From Mobula hypostoma (lineage: Eukaryota): a stretch of 64,000 nucleotides of DNA. Both the position numbers and the translations under genes were made by a program. Location of the stretch: positions 61,320,001 to 61,384,000 of the forward strand of contig NC_086108.1 in NCBI RefSeq assembly GCF_963921235.1, written 5' to 3'. Shown piece by piece: positions 51,801-64,000 of the stretch. Under the pieces are notes generated by a model. The model saw only the letters and a list, made by a program, of their open reading frames with translations, had not been told where the DNA came from and made no database searches. Numbering within the stretch: the stretch's first letter is position 1; each line of letters starts with the position of its first letter.

Positions 51801-51925
51801 GAGTACTGGACAGGTGTATGGAGGAATTTAAGGTGGGGGGTTATATGGGAGGCAGGGTTTAAGGGTCGGCACAACATTGTGGGCCGAAGGGCCTGTATTG
51901 TGCTGTGCTATTCTGTGTTCTCTAT
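48812..51925 (+). mobile_element. Long CR1 LINE: ORF1 3' end plus disrupted full ORF2 plus 3' UTR
   Basis: ORF1 esterase-like WLRSWC..FLDHWDLFW..YRLDGLHLN. APE endonuclease YLNARSIRNK, VAITETWL, SDFN and [28 protein letters not shown] and FADN. Several stops and frameshifts. The 3' end is GGGCCGAAGGGCCTGTATTGTGCTGT. Confidence 0.96.
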
Positions 51926-52219
51926 GTAAAGCAATAGAAGCAGAACAGGCCAGTTGCCCTCTCACTTTTGCCAAGCCTGTTCTGTTTTCAATAAGATCTT
52001 GGTTGATCTAATCTTGGCTTTAAAAGCACTTTCCTTTTGTCTCCCCTGGCTCCTTAGTTCCCTTGTATGTAATTTTCTGTCAGTTTTTGCATTGAATCCA
52101 TTGAAAAAAACCTTTGGATCCACAACTTTTGAAGTGGAGAATTGCAAAGATTCATGGTTACCTGAGGGAAGAGGTTCCTCCTCATCCCTCATCTGAAATG
52201 CACAATCCCATATTTTAAG

Positions 52220-52760
52220 TTCAAGATAAAGTTCAAGTTCAATTGTCATTCAAATACATATGAATACCCATGAATACAGCCAAATGAAACAGCGTCCCTC
52301 AGGGGCCAAGGTCCAAAAGCAGTCATACACAGCACAAGGCACATACAGCTCATATAAGATAGCAGTAAAGATACAGCCACACAGAAATAATATAGCCCAG
52401 GTCCCTGAGCCCAAGAATGTTGTTGCAAAGAGCAAGCCCACAGCAATTTGCTGAGAAACGTAACTCAGCTTGTCTTCCACCAAGTGAACACTGGCGGGCA
52501 GCACCGATGCCAGCATGGACACCGAGCCAGACTGCCTCCAGGTATGGACTCTGACGCCTGTCTTTTGGGTGGGTGCAAACAGGCAGCACTGTGGCAGGAG
52601 GCCTGGTCCATGTTGCCACTGAGGCCACGCAGTTCCCCTACCATGGGCCCCACCAATAAACCAGTGACCCAGACTTGTAGCATTCCACATTACCAGTATC
52701 CAACTGGGTCTTGAGATCACAAGAAAAATGACCAAGACAATCACTCACTGTTAAACTGAC
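52220..52760 (-). mobile_element. Repeat fragment with an (AAGTTC)n LINE-type tail
   Basis: AAGTTCAAGTTCAATTGTCATTC...CAGCCAAATGAAACAGCGTCCCTCAGGGGCCAAGGT. The family is uncertain. Confidence 0.5.
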
Positions 52761-52949
52761 CACTGCCTTCGCGCACCATCTCCGACTCTGTGCACAAACC
52801 TAGCGACTCCGCCAATGAGGAACTTGCTGATGGGGTAGACCAATAGTACTTGAAGTTCTGTTGGTGAAGTGTTTGAGGACTAGAAGTCACCGATAATAAA
52901 TAAAGAGAAGAGAGTACTTCTCTAGATAATCATGGCCCAAGTTCTAGGT

Positions 52950-54030
52950 ACTCACAGTTAGGGAAATGTCCTCTCATTATCCGCCCTACCAGTACTCGTC
53001 AGAATCTTATATTTTGTAATAAGATCACTTCTCATGCTTCTAAACTCCCATGAATGTTGATCCAACCTACAAAGTATCACCTGACGAATATTCTCTGCAT
53101 CACTTCTAGAGCTTCCTTCCTTAAATGCGAGACCAATTCTGTTGACAGTCTCCAGGGTAGTCTCACCAGCACCCTGCAAAGTTGTGTCAAAACTTGCCTG
53201 CTTTTATACTCAGAGTATATTGAATGATCACAGCATGGAAGGGTGTCATTTGACACATCCTATCATGCTGGCTCTCAACCAGAGTAATTCTCAAGTTTAA
53301 AACCACCAGGCCTTCTCTTGAGTCTTGCAAGTTTATCTTCAAAATATATTTATCCAATTCCTTCCTGAAGGTCGCAGTAGAGGCTGCTGCATGTACATTG
53401 ACAGGCACTCAAGATTCCAAAGATAGGCTGGATAAAATGTTTTTCACAACATCAAAGGGATTCTCTTCTCTTTATTTAATGTTAGTGACCTCTAGTCCTC
53501 TAACATTCCACCAACAGAAAACAGCTTCTATCAGCTCTGTCCAGCCTCTCCAATCTAAGATGTGACTGTTGTCCCTCATTCCAGCAACCATTCAGTTAAC
53601 CTTTTATAAATCCTCTCTAATGTCTTCCTATAATTTGGTAAGCAGAATTTGAAAACCATTAGTTGAATAAGATCAGTATATGAAACGTTCAGCATGATTT
53701 CCTGCCTTTCTAATGGTAAATTATAAATAGCCCCTCTCGGTCCCTCTGCTCCTGTACCCCTTCTGGAAGAGTATTCTTCTATATAATGCCTCTCCTCACA
53801 TTTGTAATCCTTCTTTCTTCTACAGTGGATAATCTCACATTTTATCACACTGTACACCTTGTCCTCATACTTCTTTGCAGACTTCTTGTGATCCCTCACA
53901 ATTTACTAATTCATCTAGCATAACATCGGTTATGAGAATTGACTTCTTTCTTTTGTCATCTTGATAGATCATAAATGGTTGAAGCCCCAGCTTTAATCCC
54001 TGTGGTAGGCTGACCATCAATCCGAACATG
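52950..54030 (-). mobile_element. Highly decayed CR1 fragments
   Basis: Minus-strand EFRSMRSDLI..YKIL and LPNYRKTLERIYKRLT remnants. Confidence 0.65.
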
Positions 54031-55759
54031 ACAAAATGACGAAAATCATGCCCAAAGAATTAGGCAAACTCTTCAGGTTTCTAGCATCTGTATTTTGAGT
54101 TTACATTACAGACTTTAAGCACTTGCAATTTTTGCTTTTTAACTCCATTGTGTGTGCCTGAGCCAGTTCAGTTTAATGACGTACTTAAACAACCATACGG
54201 CGTTTACAGGCTCCAGAATGAAACAAACACAGCATGGGATACCAAAGGTGAAATTGTCATATAATCAACTCAGTGTAACGTTTACACTGTCTTTGGCTGC
54301 CAAACAACTGAAATTGCTCAGTGTAATTATTTTAAGCCAAAATGAACTTAATTGATGCTCCACTTACAGGCTGAAAATGTAGGAACTGCACTCAAGTAGT
54401 CACCCTGGCTGTGAAGTTTAGAGCAGTATTCAATTTATCAGTAAAAAGCCTTTCTCTCTCTGCTCCATTTCTCTCACCAACTATTCATCACTCCAGATAT
54501 AATTTTCCACTCAAAAACTCAACTCAATTAAATCTGAACTGCTCATGTACACACTAAGTCCTTAAGAACAGAAAGGCTGCCTTTTATTTGAAGGAAATTC
54601 AGCAAAATGTGAAATTGGATAGACTTGAAAAAGGAAAGCAGCTTTTGGGGTGACACGTTTTTGCAGCGACTGTACATTACCTGAGACCTTCCTTCATTTA
54701 ATGATGTTTTCTTCTGGTTGAAATTTTCTTAGTGTCTCCACAGAAGACTGATAAAATTATGATGCAGACTAAAGCAAAGTGCAAACTGCACGGAGAGAAA
54801 GGGGTAGCAAGCCAAAGAACAGAGCAATTAAACCTCTCTTGATTACTGAACAGAAAACCTAATTGCTAGTAGAAGTGGAAGAAAGGCTCGGTAAGGACTC
54901 TGAGATTTGACAGGTACATTGACATTGTAAAATACTAAACCCAAGAGCATTGGCTACTGAATTCAATATTTGCTCTTTTGCAAACAAACAGAAGCCTGCC
55001 TAATCAGAGAAATGTTCTTTCTTTAAGAAAAACCTGATAGCATGAAATTAATAACAGCTATTGAAGCAGTTCTGAAGTGAACTCAGAGCAAGCCATTTCC
55101 TCTCCAGAAGGAAGATCACCTCATGATAATTCAAACAACCTCTAGTATACCTGCTCACAGCACTGTCATCATCAGGCAGATCTTGAAGAAGGTCAGTAGT
55201 AATCAAGTCAAATACTTGACTTGGCATATTACAGCAAAAGCATAAAGAGGAAGAAGCTGTGCCTAGCTCAGAACATTTAGACATGGGCATGTTACGTCTA
55301 CCTTGTTTTTTTTTCCCATTCAGTCATTCATCCTTTTATATTTTCGTCATTTATATTTTTCTCATTTTTTTTCAAAAGCTATACAGCTCTAAAATTTTCA
55401 GTTCTGATAATACGATTATTGACAGTGATTGAGATATTTATGTGGGGGAAGAGGATAGAAAGAGAGAAAGAGGGACATACAGGATAAACAAATGAGAAGG
55501 AGAGGTAGAGAAAGACCCTTTTCTATCTTTATCCAATAGGTCACAAAGCAGTAGAGTACCCATGTGAAAGAAAACCATTGTTTCAGAGGTTGACTCGGCC
55601 ACTTCTCTGAATGGGAGGATAAGATTGGAGGTGGTAAGTTGTTAACATGAGTTGGAAACTTGAAAGAATACAAGACTGACCATCTTGGTCCGCAGGTTAC
55701 AGACCACATCATTATGCTTGCAACAAAACTGTAATGTTGAAAATCCGAAATAAACTGTC

Positions 55760-56570
55760 CCTGTCATGTTCGCTTTGATGATGAAAATTCCCACCACATC
55801 CTCTTCTTTCCTTTACCATGACTTACTCTTTATCACATTTGTCAGATCTTTTAATTGTGTCTCCTCGAGCCTGTACTCTTCTGGTCTGAGCTCCAGAAAT
55901 ATCTTCCATTCTTTCCCTTCCCTTTCATCACGCTGCAAATGCAATTCACTCTGAGAGTCCGAACTTGCTTTTTTCCATTTCCACCAACCAACTCCAGTCC
56001 CCTCCTTTGAATGACACTTTTCCATGTAACTGCAGGAGATGCAACACTTTGTTTTTGAGCTCTTCACTCTCCTCCATCCAGGGGCTCAAACAATTCTTTC
56101 AAGTGAAGCAGTGATTCATTTGTATTTCCCTCATTTAATGCATTTCAATCAGCACTCAGGCTGCAGATCTCTTTTACACTGGAGAAACCGTATGATGCTT
56201 CGCAAAACACTCACAAACAAGGGAAAACCTGCAGATGTTGGAAATCCAGGCAACACACACAACATACTGGAGGAACTCAGCAGGCCAGGCAGCATCTGTG
56301 GAAAAGAGTACAGTCGACGTTTTGGGTCAGAACCCTTCAGCAGGACTGGTGAAGTCTTGTTGAAGGTTCTCTGTCCAAATCATTGACTGTACTCTTGCAA
56401 AACACTCAGTTCATTCTACAAAGCTTACCTTATACCATTCTCCAACCAAGTCCCTCATTAATCTCCATGTCTGTGACCTTTTACTTGGCTCCAGTGATGT
56501 CCAAAGTAAGCTCAAGGAAACTTGGTCTTCCTTGAGACATAATACTGAATTCAGCAATTTCAAGTAAGTA
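55760..56570 (+). mobile_element. Old Neptune-type PLE fragment (linker and GIY-YIG region)
   Basis: TFPCNCRRCNT, IQGLKQFFQVKQ and LFYTGET..FAKH remnants, homologous to 27090-27300. Confidence 0.72.
56214..56396. mobile_element. Miniature inverted-arm Penelope-like insertion nested in an older PLE
   Basis: An antisense arm with tail (56215-56349) is followed by a short sense arm (about 56353-56396). TSD GCAAAACACTCA lies at 56202-56213 and 56397-56408. Confidence 0.9.
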
Positions 56571-59500
56571 CTCTTTTAATCTTTCCACAGATGTGGCTTT
56601 ACTTTTCTTTCTTTCAATTTATATTATTTTCTTATTAAAAATACAAAATATTGAAACATTCACCAGGTCAGGAAGCATCTGTGGAAAGATAAATAGAGTT
56701 AACATTTCTGCTTTGAAGCTCTTTCCACTGATCATTTCTGACCTTTGAGTGCTTTAAGCAAGTTTTCATTTCAGACTTCCAGCATCTGCATATTTAAACT
56801 TTTCATTTGCCTTGTATTTTTTTCTACACCTGAATTTAGCTGCCTAATTTTAATTGTAACCTGGACAACTTTGTTTTCTCAATTTTCCAGTTCGTTAGAA
56901 CAGTCCCTGTTTTTATCTCTCAAAGGATGCTACTTGATCATCTGTGTGCTTCTACCATCTTCTGTTTTTGTTTGACCCATCCTTACTGTATTCATTATGC
57001 CTATGAAAAAATATCAAACAATAGCACATCACTAGTTATTAAATTGTAAAAGTCTCAACTGTGTTCTGGCACTAAGAACATTATCAAAAACATCTCCTGA
57101 TTTGCTGAGATATGCCACAGTACTGTCGACCTTCAGAGAGTCCTATATAATCTTCAGTTAATCATTTTGTGATACACTGCTCTGTTTACATATTAATATC
57201 AGGCTTGATCAGTCGGTAGTTCTTCGCTTTACTCTGATCATTTGCCAATACCCATAGGGATTGTTATGATATTTGCTCTGATTACTTTTGTTGTCTAGGA
57301 TATACTGAAATCCTGTCCAGGTGCCAAACCATTGCTGACTAGGCAAACTATTGCTCGTAACTCCATTGGCACTGGCAATCATTCAAGCTCAAAGTCAAAC
57401 CGTGGTGAGCATCAACCTGGGTATCAGCTCCCATTTACACAGAGACCTACAGCAAGCTAAAGTGTGTGCAGAGTCCAGAATTATAAGGACATTAGTTGGA
57501 AGAAGAGAGAGAAAACACCTGTCAGCAGAAGCAATGAAGTCTCGAATGCTGCCAAACACTTTAAAAAAGTTGAACTGCTTGCCTGTTGAGGAAAGCTGTA
57601 TGCTTCAGTTATTCCTGTACAGAGTTGAGACAGATCTTCACTTTTTTGCTGAGCTGATCAGATTTGAAATAAGTGAGTAGGACTAATTAATATTCATAAT
57701 AGCGAGTACAGTCTTTGTCATTTTTACCTCTCCTGCAGATTTACCTAAATTTTAGAATACCAAGCTCCATCTTTAGAGATCCTTCAAATGAACCATTTCC
57801 AAATTTCAAGCAATTCTTCATGCATTCAAAATCATCCAACCATCATTTACTTGACAGGGATTGAACTGTTAGTGGATGAAGATGATTAATGAGAAATCGC
57901 TTGTTGGAAAAAATATATTGATAAAACAGTTACAGAAACTTCGTTGAAGGATAATACTGTTGTATTTTCTTATAGATTTCAATTAAAGGCTATAATAGGT
58001 CAAATAAGGTACATCAGAAGTACACAAGCGAATAGGCTTGAAGTTCACTATTTAGGATCATTATTCCTCCAAACTAAAAATGCCATCTTATTTTATAAAA
58101 AGTATTTTCAGAGAAAGGCTACTTATCCTCTGCACTACAATATCTAAAGAATATTTATTTGCTGTCATTTATATTTGAATCAACTTTAATACAGAAATCT
58201 ATTTCTAGGCTTCACCCTTGACTTCTCTAACGAATCAGTATTGAGAGAATTGCTGTGCTCTGTACAGCTTAATGAAGAAATATGTTTCCAGAGTCCATGC
58301 TCCCAACTTCTGAACTGCATATTGCGAATAATCACACAATGATAGACAAAGGTCACAGACGTTAATCACAGTCTGTGGTCACTTCCTTATTCAGGAATAA
58401 TGTACCTGGCTTTTGAACTAACACTGTAACAGTCGAGTGTGTACCCATATATAGCTGCGGTCCTTCCTTGTGGCCTCTGTTCATATTGATAATGACCTGG
58501 ATACTAATATATCTGAATTATCTGTACTTCTCTGTATATGATCAAAATTAAATGGGCACTAATGAAGTATAGGTATGCAGTAAATGAAATGTGAACTTTC
58601 AGAGAAGGCAATTGCAGTAGTATGGACAAATAACTCAGGTTATTCAAAATGTTCTTGCACTAAAAATCCTTTAATCCATCTCCAGCAGCTTAGAAACCCA
58701 CCGACTGGAACAGATATCGCAAACCTCCTTAATCCCGTTACGGAGGGCAAAATATTCCTGTTAAGTGGTTTGACGCCAAGTGAGCAAGTCTGAATTATCA
58801 ATGACTGCTGACAAAGCTTGAATACGCCCCTGGTATCAAGGAAGTTCTCTTTGATCCACTTCGGTATTCTTAACATTTTTCTTGAGAATATTTATAGTTC
58901 TGACCTGTTCTATTTTGCTTTATCAAAGTGATTTCCAACAATGAGTTTTTTGAAGCTCTCCTTCTGCAGCAGTAGTTAGAAGCGTCACTTTAACACTCAT
59001 TCTTTGTAGGATTTTGGTCTCACCAGGGTTGCCCAGTAAAATTCTAACAAGACCAGCAGGGCGATAATAGTTACACATTTATGAAATGAGATTGTCCTGG
59101 CCTCTAGAGACACAGTTCTTCTCATATGCAGTACATTTTGTCTGAACATCACTATCTGGCTGTTTTTTAATATCATTTTCTGCACGGGTTAATTTGGATT
59201 TTTATTTGAAACACATGGTGGAAAGACATCCATCTCCATTCCCTTTTTGTTTGCCCTTGAAACAGCAATATCTGTCAGCCTTAAGTTTTATTAATATCAG
59301 TAAACATTTAGCAGATATACTATATTCTGAAGGAAGTGTAATGTTTATCATTTATCACTGTTAAGGTATCGTTGCACCATGAGTTACTTTTGTTGACAAG
59401 GCATAGATTTGAAGTTCTGGGTGTGTGTATTACCTTGGTTAACAGCAGTTGTGAGAATAATCAACAGCACTAGTATATCAGGGGCGTAGTGATTTTGTAT

Positions 59501-60139
59501 GGAATTTAATACACATTTTACTTAACTTGCTGCAGTTTCACAAGTAAGATCTTATTAAAAACCCTAAAGGACATTTCCATCTTGGGTGATTTTTGAGCAA
59601 GTGTATAACTTTGTATATTTGCACTGCAAGGGCAGTAGAGAAATTCACTGGAATTGTACCATATCTCCCGAATATTAATCAATATATTCAACTCAGCATA
59701 GGCATTTATGATAATATTATGTTGTATGCTGTAATTTCCCTCGTGGTTGTTAAATTAGGGGTACTATCACAAAAAGAACTAATAAAACAATTACAGATTG
59801 TAACCAAGTAATGTTTGAGGAATTGTTTTGTTTATCAGGTATAACAACATTGCACACACAATTCTCCTGAATGCTTTCTGAAAGCTGCAGAAAGCTGTAG
59901 CCTCTTGAAGTCCAACCCCGCGTCCCTGTCGTGAGAACTGGGAGAGATAAGGCTGGTCAACAGGGTTCAGATGAAGCTGTACAGGCCAATCCCCTGTGCA
60001 GTGGATTACAGAAATATTTATGAGCTCCAAACATACCATCGACTGTGGATGATGGAGATGGGACTTCATCAAGGGCCTAAGCTCCACTGGAAGCTAAGGG
60101 CCCAAGAAGAAGCTGATGGTTGTAAACTTAGCCAGCTCC

Positions 60140-60520
60140 ATTATGAGCACTAGCCTCCCTATCATTGAGGACATCTTCAAGTGACAATGACTTAGGATGG
60201 CGTCATCCATCATTAAGGACCCCCATCATCTACGCCATGCTCTCTTCTCAGTACTACCATCAGGGAGGAGGTACAGTAGCCCAAGGACACACATTCAATG
60301 TTCTAGGAACAGCTTCTTCTCCTTTTCCATCAGGTTTCTAAACAGTCCCTGAACTCATGAACACAACTTCACTATTTTGTCCTCTTTTTGCAATACTTGT
60401 TTATTATCTTTATATTTCTTATTATAACTTATAATATTTTATGATTTGCACTGTACTGCTACCGCACAACAACAAATTACATGACCTATGTCATCCTGAT
60501 AATAGACCTGATTCTGATTC
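60140..60520 (+). mobile_element. Rex/Babar LINE 3' fragment
   Basis: CATCCATCATTAAGGACCCCCATC...CCATCAGGGAGGAGGTACAG...AACAGCTTCTTC, with tail CCTGATTCTGATTCT; homologous to 6110-6633. Confidence 0.85.
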
Positions 60521-60927
60521 TTTCGCAATATCACTCCAATATCACATTACTAATATGACAATTCATTGGCCTAAAATAATAACACCTTTTCTCTCTCTCC
60601 ACAGATGCTGTCTGCCCACCAACTCCAGCAGTTTCTGTTTTAATTCCAGACCATCAATATTCTCTCCAATAAACCATAAATATTTAAACAGAAAATACTG
60701 GCAACACTCAGGATTTGTGGAACGAGGGAGAAGATTTAATGTTTTATATTGAAAACCCATTATCAGAAACATATCCCTCTACCCCTTTCCACTAAAGCAA
60801 AATATTTTTGTCCAGCATTTTCTGTTATTTCAGATTTCCGGCACCAGTAGTTTTTCAATTTATTATCAATACTTAAATTAGCACTTACATCAACAAATTT
60901 GTAAAAGTATAAGAGATACTGTATATT

Positions 60928-61968
60928 ACAAACAGGAGAAAAGCTGCAGATGCTGGAAATCTGAACAACACACACAAAATGTTGGAGGAACTCAGCAGGC
61001 CAGGCAGCATCTATGGAAAAAAATACGGTCAATGTTTCGGGCCAAAACGCTTCAACAGGACTGGAGAAGAAAAGCTGAGTAGGTTTAAAAGGTTGGGGGA
61101 GGGGGGAGAGAAACGCCAGGTGATAGATGAAACCTGGATGGGGAAGAATGAAGCAAAAAGCTGGGAAGTCGATTAGCGAAGGAGACAGAAGGCCATAGAA
61201 GAAAGAAAAAGGGGAGAGGCACCAGAGGGAGGTGATTGGTGGGCAAGGAGACAAGGTGAGAGAGAGAAAATGGGATGGGGAATGGTGAAGGAAAGGGAGG
61301 AGGGAGGTTATTACCGGAAGGTTGAGAAATCGATGTTCATGCCATCAGGTTGGAGGCTACCCAAATGGAATATAAGGTGTTGTTCTTCCAATCTAAGTGT
61401 GGCTTCATCATGACAGTGGAGGAGGCCATGGATGGATATATCAGAATGAGAATGGGAAGTGGAATTAAAATGGGTGGCCACTGGGAGATCCCGCTTGTTC
61501 TGGCGGATGGAGTGTAGATGCTTGGTGAAGTGGTCTCCTAATCTACATTGGGTCTCACTGATATACAGGAGGCCACACCGGGAGCACTGAACACAGTATG
61601 TGACCCTAACATTCACAGGTGAAGTGTCGCCTCACCTGAAAGCACTGTTTAGGGCCCTAAATGGTAGTGAAGGAGAAGGTGTAGGGGCAGGTGTCGCACT
61701 TGTTCCACTTGAAAGGATAAGTGCCAGGAGGGAGATCAGTGGGGAGGGACAAATGGACAAGGGAGTCACGTAGGGATGAATCCCTGTGGAAAGCAGAAAG
61801 TGGGGTGGGGGGGAGGGAAAGATGTGCTTGGTGGTGAGACCCCATTGGAGGTGGCGGAAGTTTCGAAGAATTATGCGCTGGACACAAAGGCTGGTGGCGT
61901 GCTAGGTGAGGACAAGTGGAACACGATCCCTGGTAGGGTGGCGGGAGGATGGGGTAAGAGCAGGCGTG
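60928..61968 (-). mobile_element. 5'-truncated Neptune-type Penelope-like element
   Basis: YCVQCSRCGLLYISETQCRLGDHF...LEEQHLIFHLGSLQPDGMNIDFS, followed by the 3' UTR and tail. Candidate TSD CTGTATATT lies at 60919-60927 and 61969-61977. Confidence 0.93.
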
Positions 61969-62387
61969 CTGTATATTGTTAGGTTCATTTGTAAAGTATA
62001 TAATTAGTTATTAATTACATATTGCAGGTGATTAAAAGTGCCTGGTTATTTTGTAATACTTATCCAAGAAGATTGAAGATCCAAACACTGTTTCAAGATT
62101 TAAGATTATCACTTGGGTTGATGCTTAAGTGCAGTACTGATGAAATACTACATAAATGAAAGCATCAGCATTCCTAGAGGGAGAGAATCATTAGATGGAT
62201 ACAATCACATAAATGAAAGACTGGAAACATATGAGTGTGGAGGGACAAAGAGGGTGGAGGTGTAGTGAAGATAGGATTCGTTAGTTCCATATCACTGGCA
62301 AGATATTAAGCACGTATCTTCATTCAAATATTATCATTACAAATTCGCCTATCCAAACTCAGCAGACATAAACCAGGGGTAGATATT

Positions 62388-63380
62388 TTAGATAGATGGA
62401 TAGATAGAATCTTTATTGATCCTAAAGGAAATTACAGTGTCATAGTAGCATTACAAGTGCACAGATATACAAATATTAGAAGAGGATTAAGAAAGAATAA
62501 AAATAAGTTACCTTAAAAATAAGATGCACAAGATTTACAGGTCAAAGATTCCCCAGCTATAGATAAAACATAGACAACATTCTCCTGTTAAGATAGTCAT
62601 GCTATCAAGCTTTAAATGACACTGGACCATTTCTTTTTTTAAATATATTTTTATTGTAACCTTTATTTATTTTAAAATGAACACCAAATCTTTAAAGTCA
62701 TCTCTTTTTGGAACTTAAGAATTGCTTGACAAAACAAAAGCAAATTCCATTTTGATTTGCTTTCTACCAATCATGTTTTTGCAATATTCGGAAGATGAGT
62801 TCTTAAGCATAGAAACATAGACTACCTACAGCACAATACAGGCTCTTCGGCCCACAAAGCTGTGCCAAACATGTCCTTACTATAGAAATTACCTAGGCTA
62901 CCCATAGCCCTCTATTCAACCCATGTATAGGTTGACTCATTATAGATTCTGATGGCCAAGGGTAAGAATGACCTCATATAGTACTCTTCTGAGCAGCGCA
63001 GTTGTATGAGTCTATAACTGAAGGTGCTCCTCTGTTCAGCCAAGGTGGCGTGCAAAGGGTGAGAAACATTGTCTAGATTTACAAGGATTTTTTGTAGGGT
63101 CCTTTGCTCTTTCACAACCTCCAGTTTGTCCATTTTGACTCCTAAAGCAGAGCTAGCCTTTTTAATCAGTTTATTGACCTGTGTTGATGCCATTGTCCTA
63201 GAACACTACTGGTTAGAAAATTGTCCTGGCAACAACAGACTGGTAAAACATGTAAAGGAGAGGCCTGATACCCCAAAGGACCTCAATCTCCTCAGGAAGT
63301 AGAAGCGACTCTGGCCCTTCTTGTACCCTAGCCTCTGTGTTGGTGTTCCACTCAAGTCCGTTATCCAGGTGCACCAGGTA
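62388..63380 (-). mobile_element. Rex/Babar-like LINE 3' part, interrupted at about 62515-62920
   Basis: ORF 62912-63193 NKLIKKASSALG...LDNVSHPLHATL..RSTFSYRLIQLRC...RSFLPLAIRIYN, with a (GATA)n tail at 62390-62407. Confidence 0.85.
62806..62916 (-). mobile_element. CR1 extreme 3'-end fragment
   Basis: CATAGAAACATAGA..ACCTACAGCACAATACAGGC..TTCGGCCCACAAAGCT...CCCATAGCCCTCTATT, nearly the same as 16176-16284. Confidence 0.9.
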
Positions 63381-64000
63381 CTTTCACGAAAGGTTAGGTT
63401 TGGTTTAGTGTGCCCTCACTCCAGCCCCCAAAAAAATCTGCCAATTCTGGTGGAGTTAATACTCCTTCCAATGAATTGCTGGGCATGAGAGTGAGACAGG
63501 TTATCTCAAAAATATCTTGGGAGTCCAATTGACGGGACAACACTGCGATAAACATGAAGGGCTGAATGCTCTCCTTCTATACCACAAGAAATACAAATGT
63601 AAAGATGCCAAAATCTGAGTATCCGTGGAGAAATAAAGTGAATGTTTGTTTTCCACATTATCAGGATGTGACCAACAATGTAATACATGAATTATTCTGG
63701 GACAGCTTTTGCTCTCTATGCCTGCAATAAATTTGGATGCAAGGAAAAGAGAAGAGATATTTAAAAATGACAGCATTAACTTAGATTCATGCTGCAAAGT
63801 ACAGCTGAATACAGTGAGGATGACCAGAGTTGGCAGGAAGATAGCAAAAGAAAAATCAATGGAATGAAGTGTTAACAGTCTTTTTTAAAAAAAAATAAAA
63901 CAAATATTATATCTGAATAGAATTGAAATGTGCATTTTCACGTTGGTGTTACAAGTAGAAAACTGGTGTTGAACTAAAAAAGGAGTTGATACATCTCGAG

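Noticed and set aside
57351..57680. 109-aa ORF ending near a GTGAGT donor-like site
   Set aside because: No recognisable homology and no in-frame acceptor identified; cannot be supported as an exon.
1..64000. CRISPR array, retron or other prokaryotic RT-based system
   Set aside because: No regularly spaced repeat-spacer array or operon structure. All RTs are eukaryotic CR1, Rex/Babar or Penelope types.

Overview
This is AT-rich, repeat-dense vertebrate genomic DNA, not prokaryotic. The repeat repertoire (CR1 LINEs, Rex1/Babar LINEs, Neptune-type Penelope-like elements, V-domain tRNA SINEs) points to a cartilaginous fish, probably a ray; this is inferred and not database-confirmed. I found no recognisable host protein-coding gene, so the window looks intronic or intergenic. 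Every long ORF I could identify is transposon-derived: CR1 RT/endonuclease, Penelope RT plus GIY-YIG, Rex/Babar RT, Tigger/pogo, hAT (Buster and a ZNF862-like zinc finger) and a Tc1-like relic. The most structured signal is a series of Penelope-like (PLE) insertions with one architecture: two inverted arms, a fixed 3' 'tail' on one arm only, a variable end on the other arm (with microhomology to the target in two cases), and 10-14 bp target-site duplications (TSDs). They range from a 3.6-kb young copy with a minimal hammerhead ribozyme motif, through 140-600 bp mini-palindromes, to a ~40-nt solo tail. This fits known PLE biology rather than proving a new system. Boundaries of decayed repeats are approximate.
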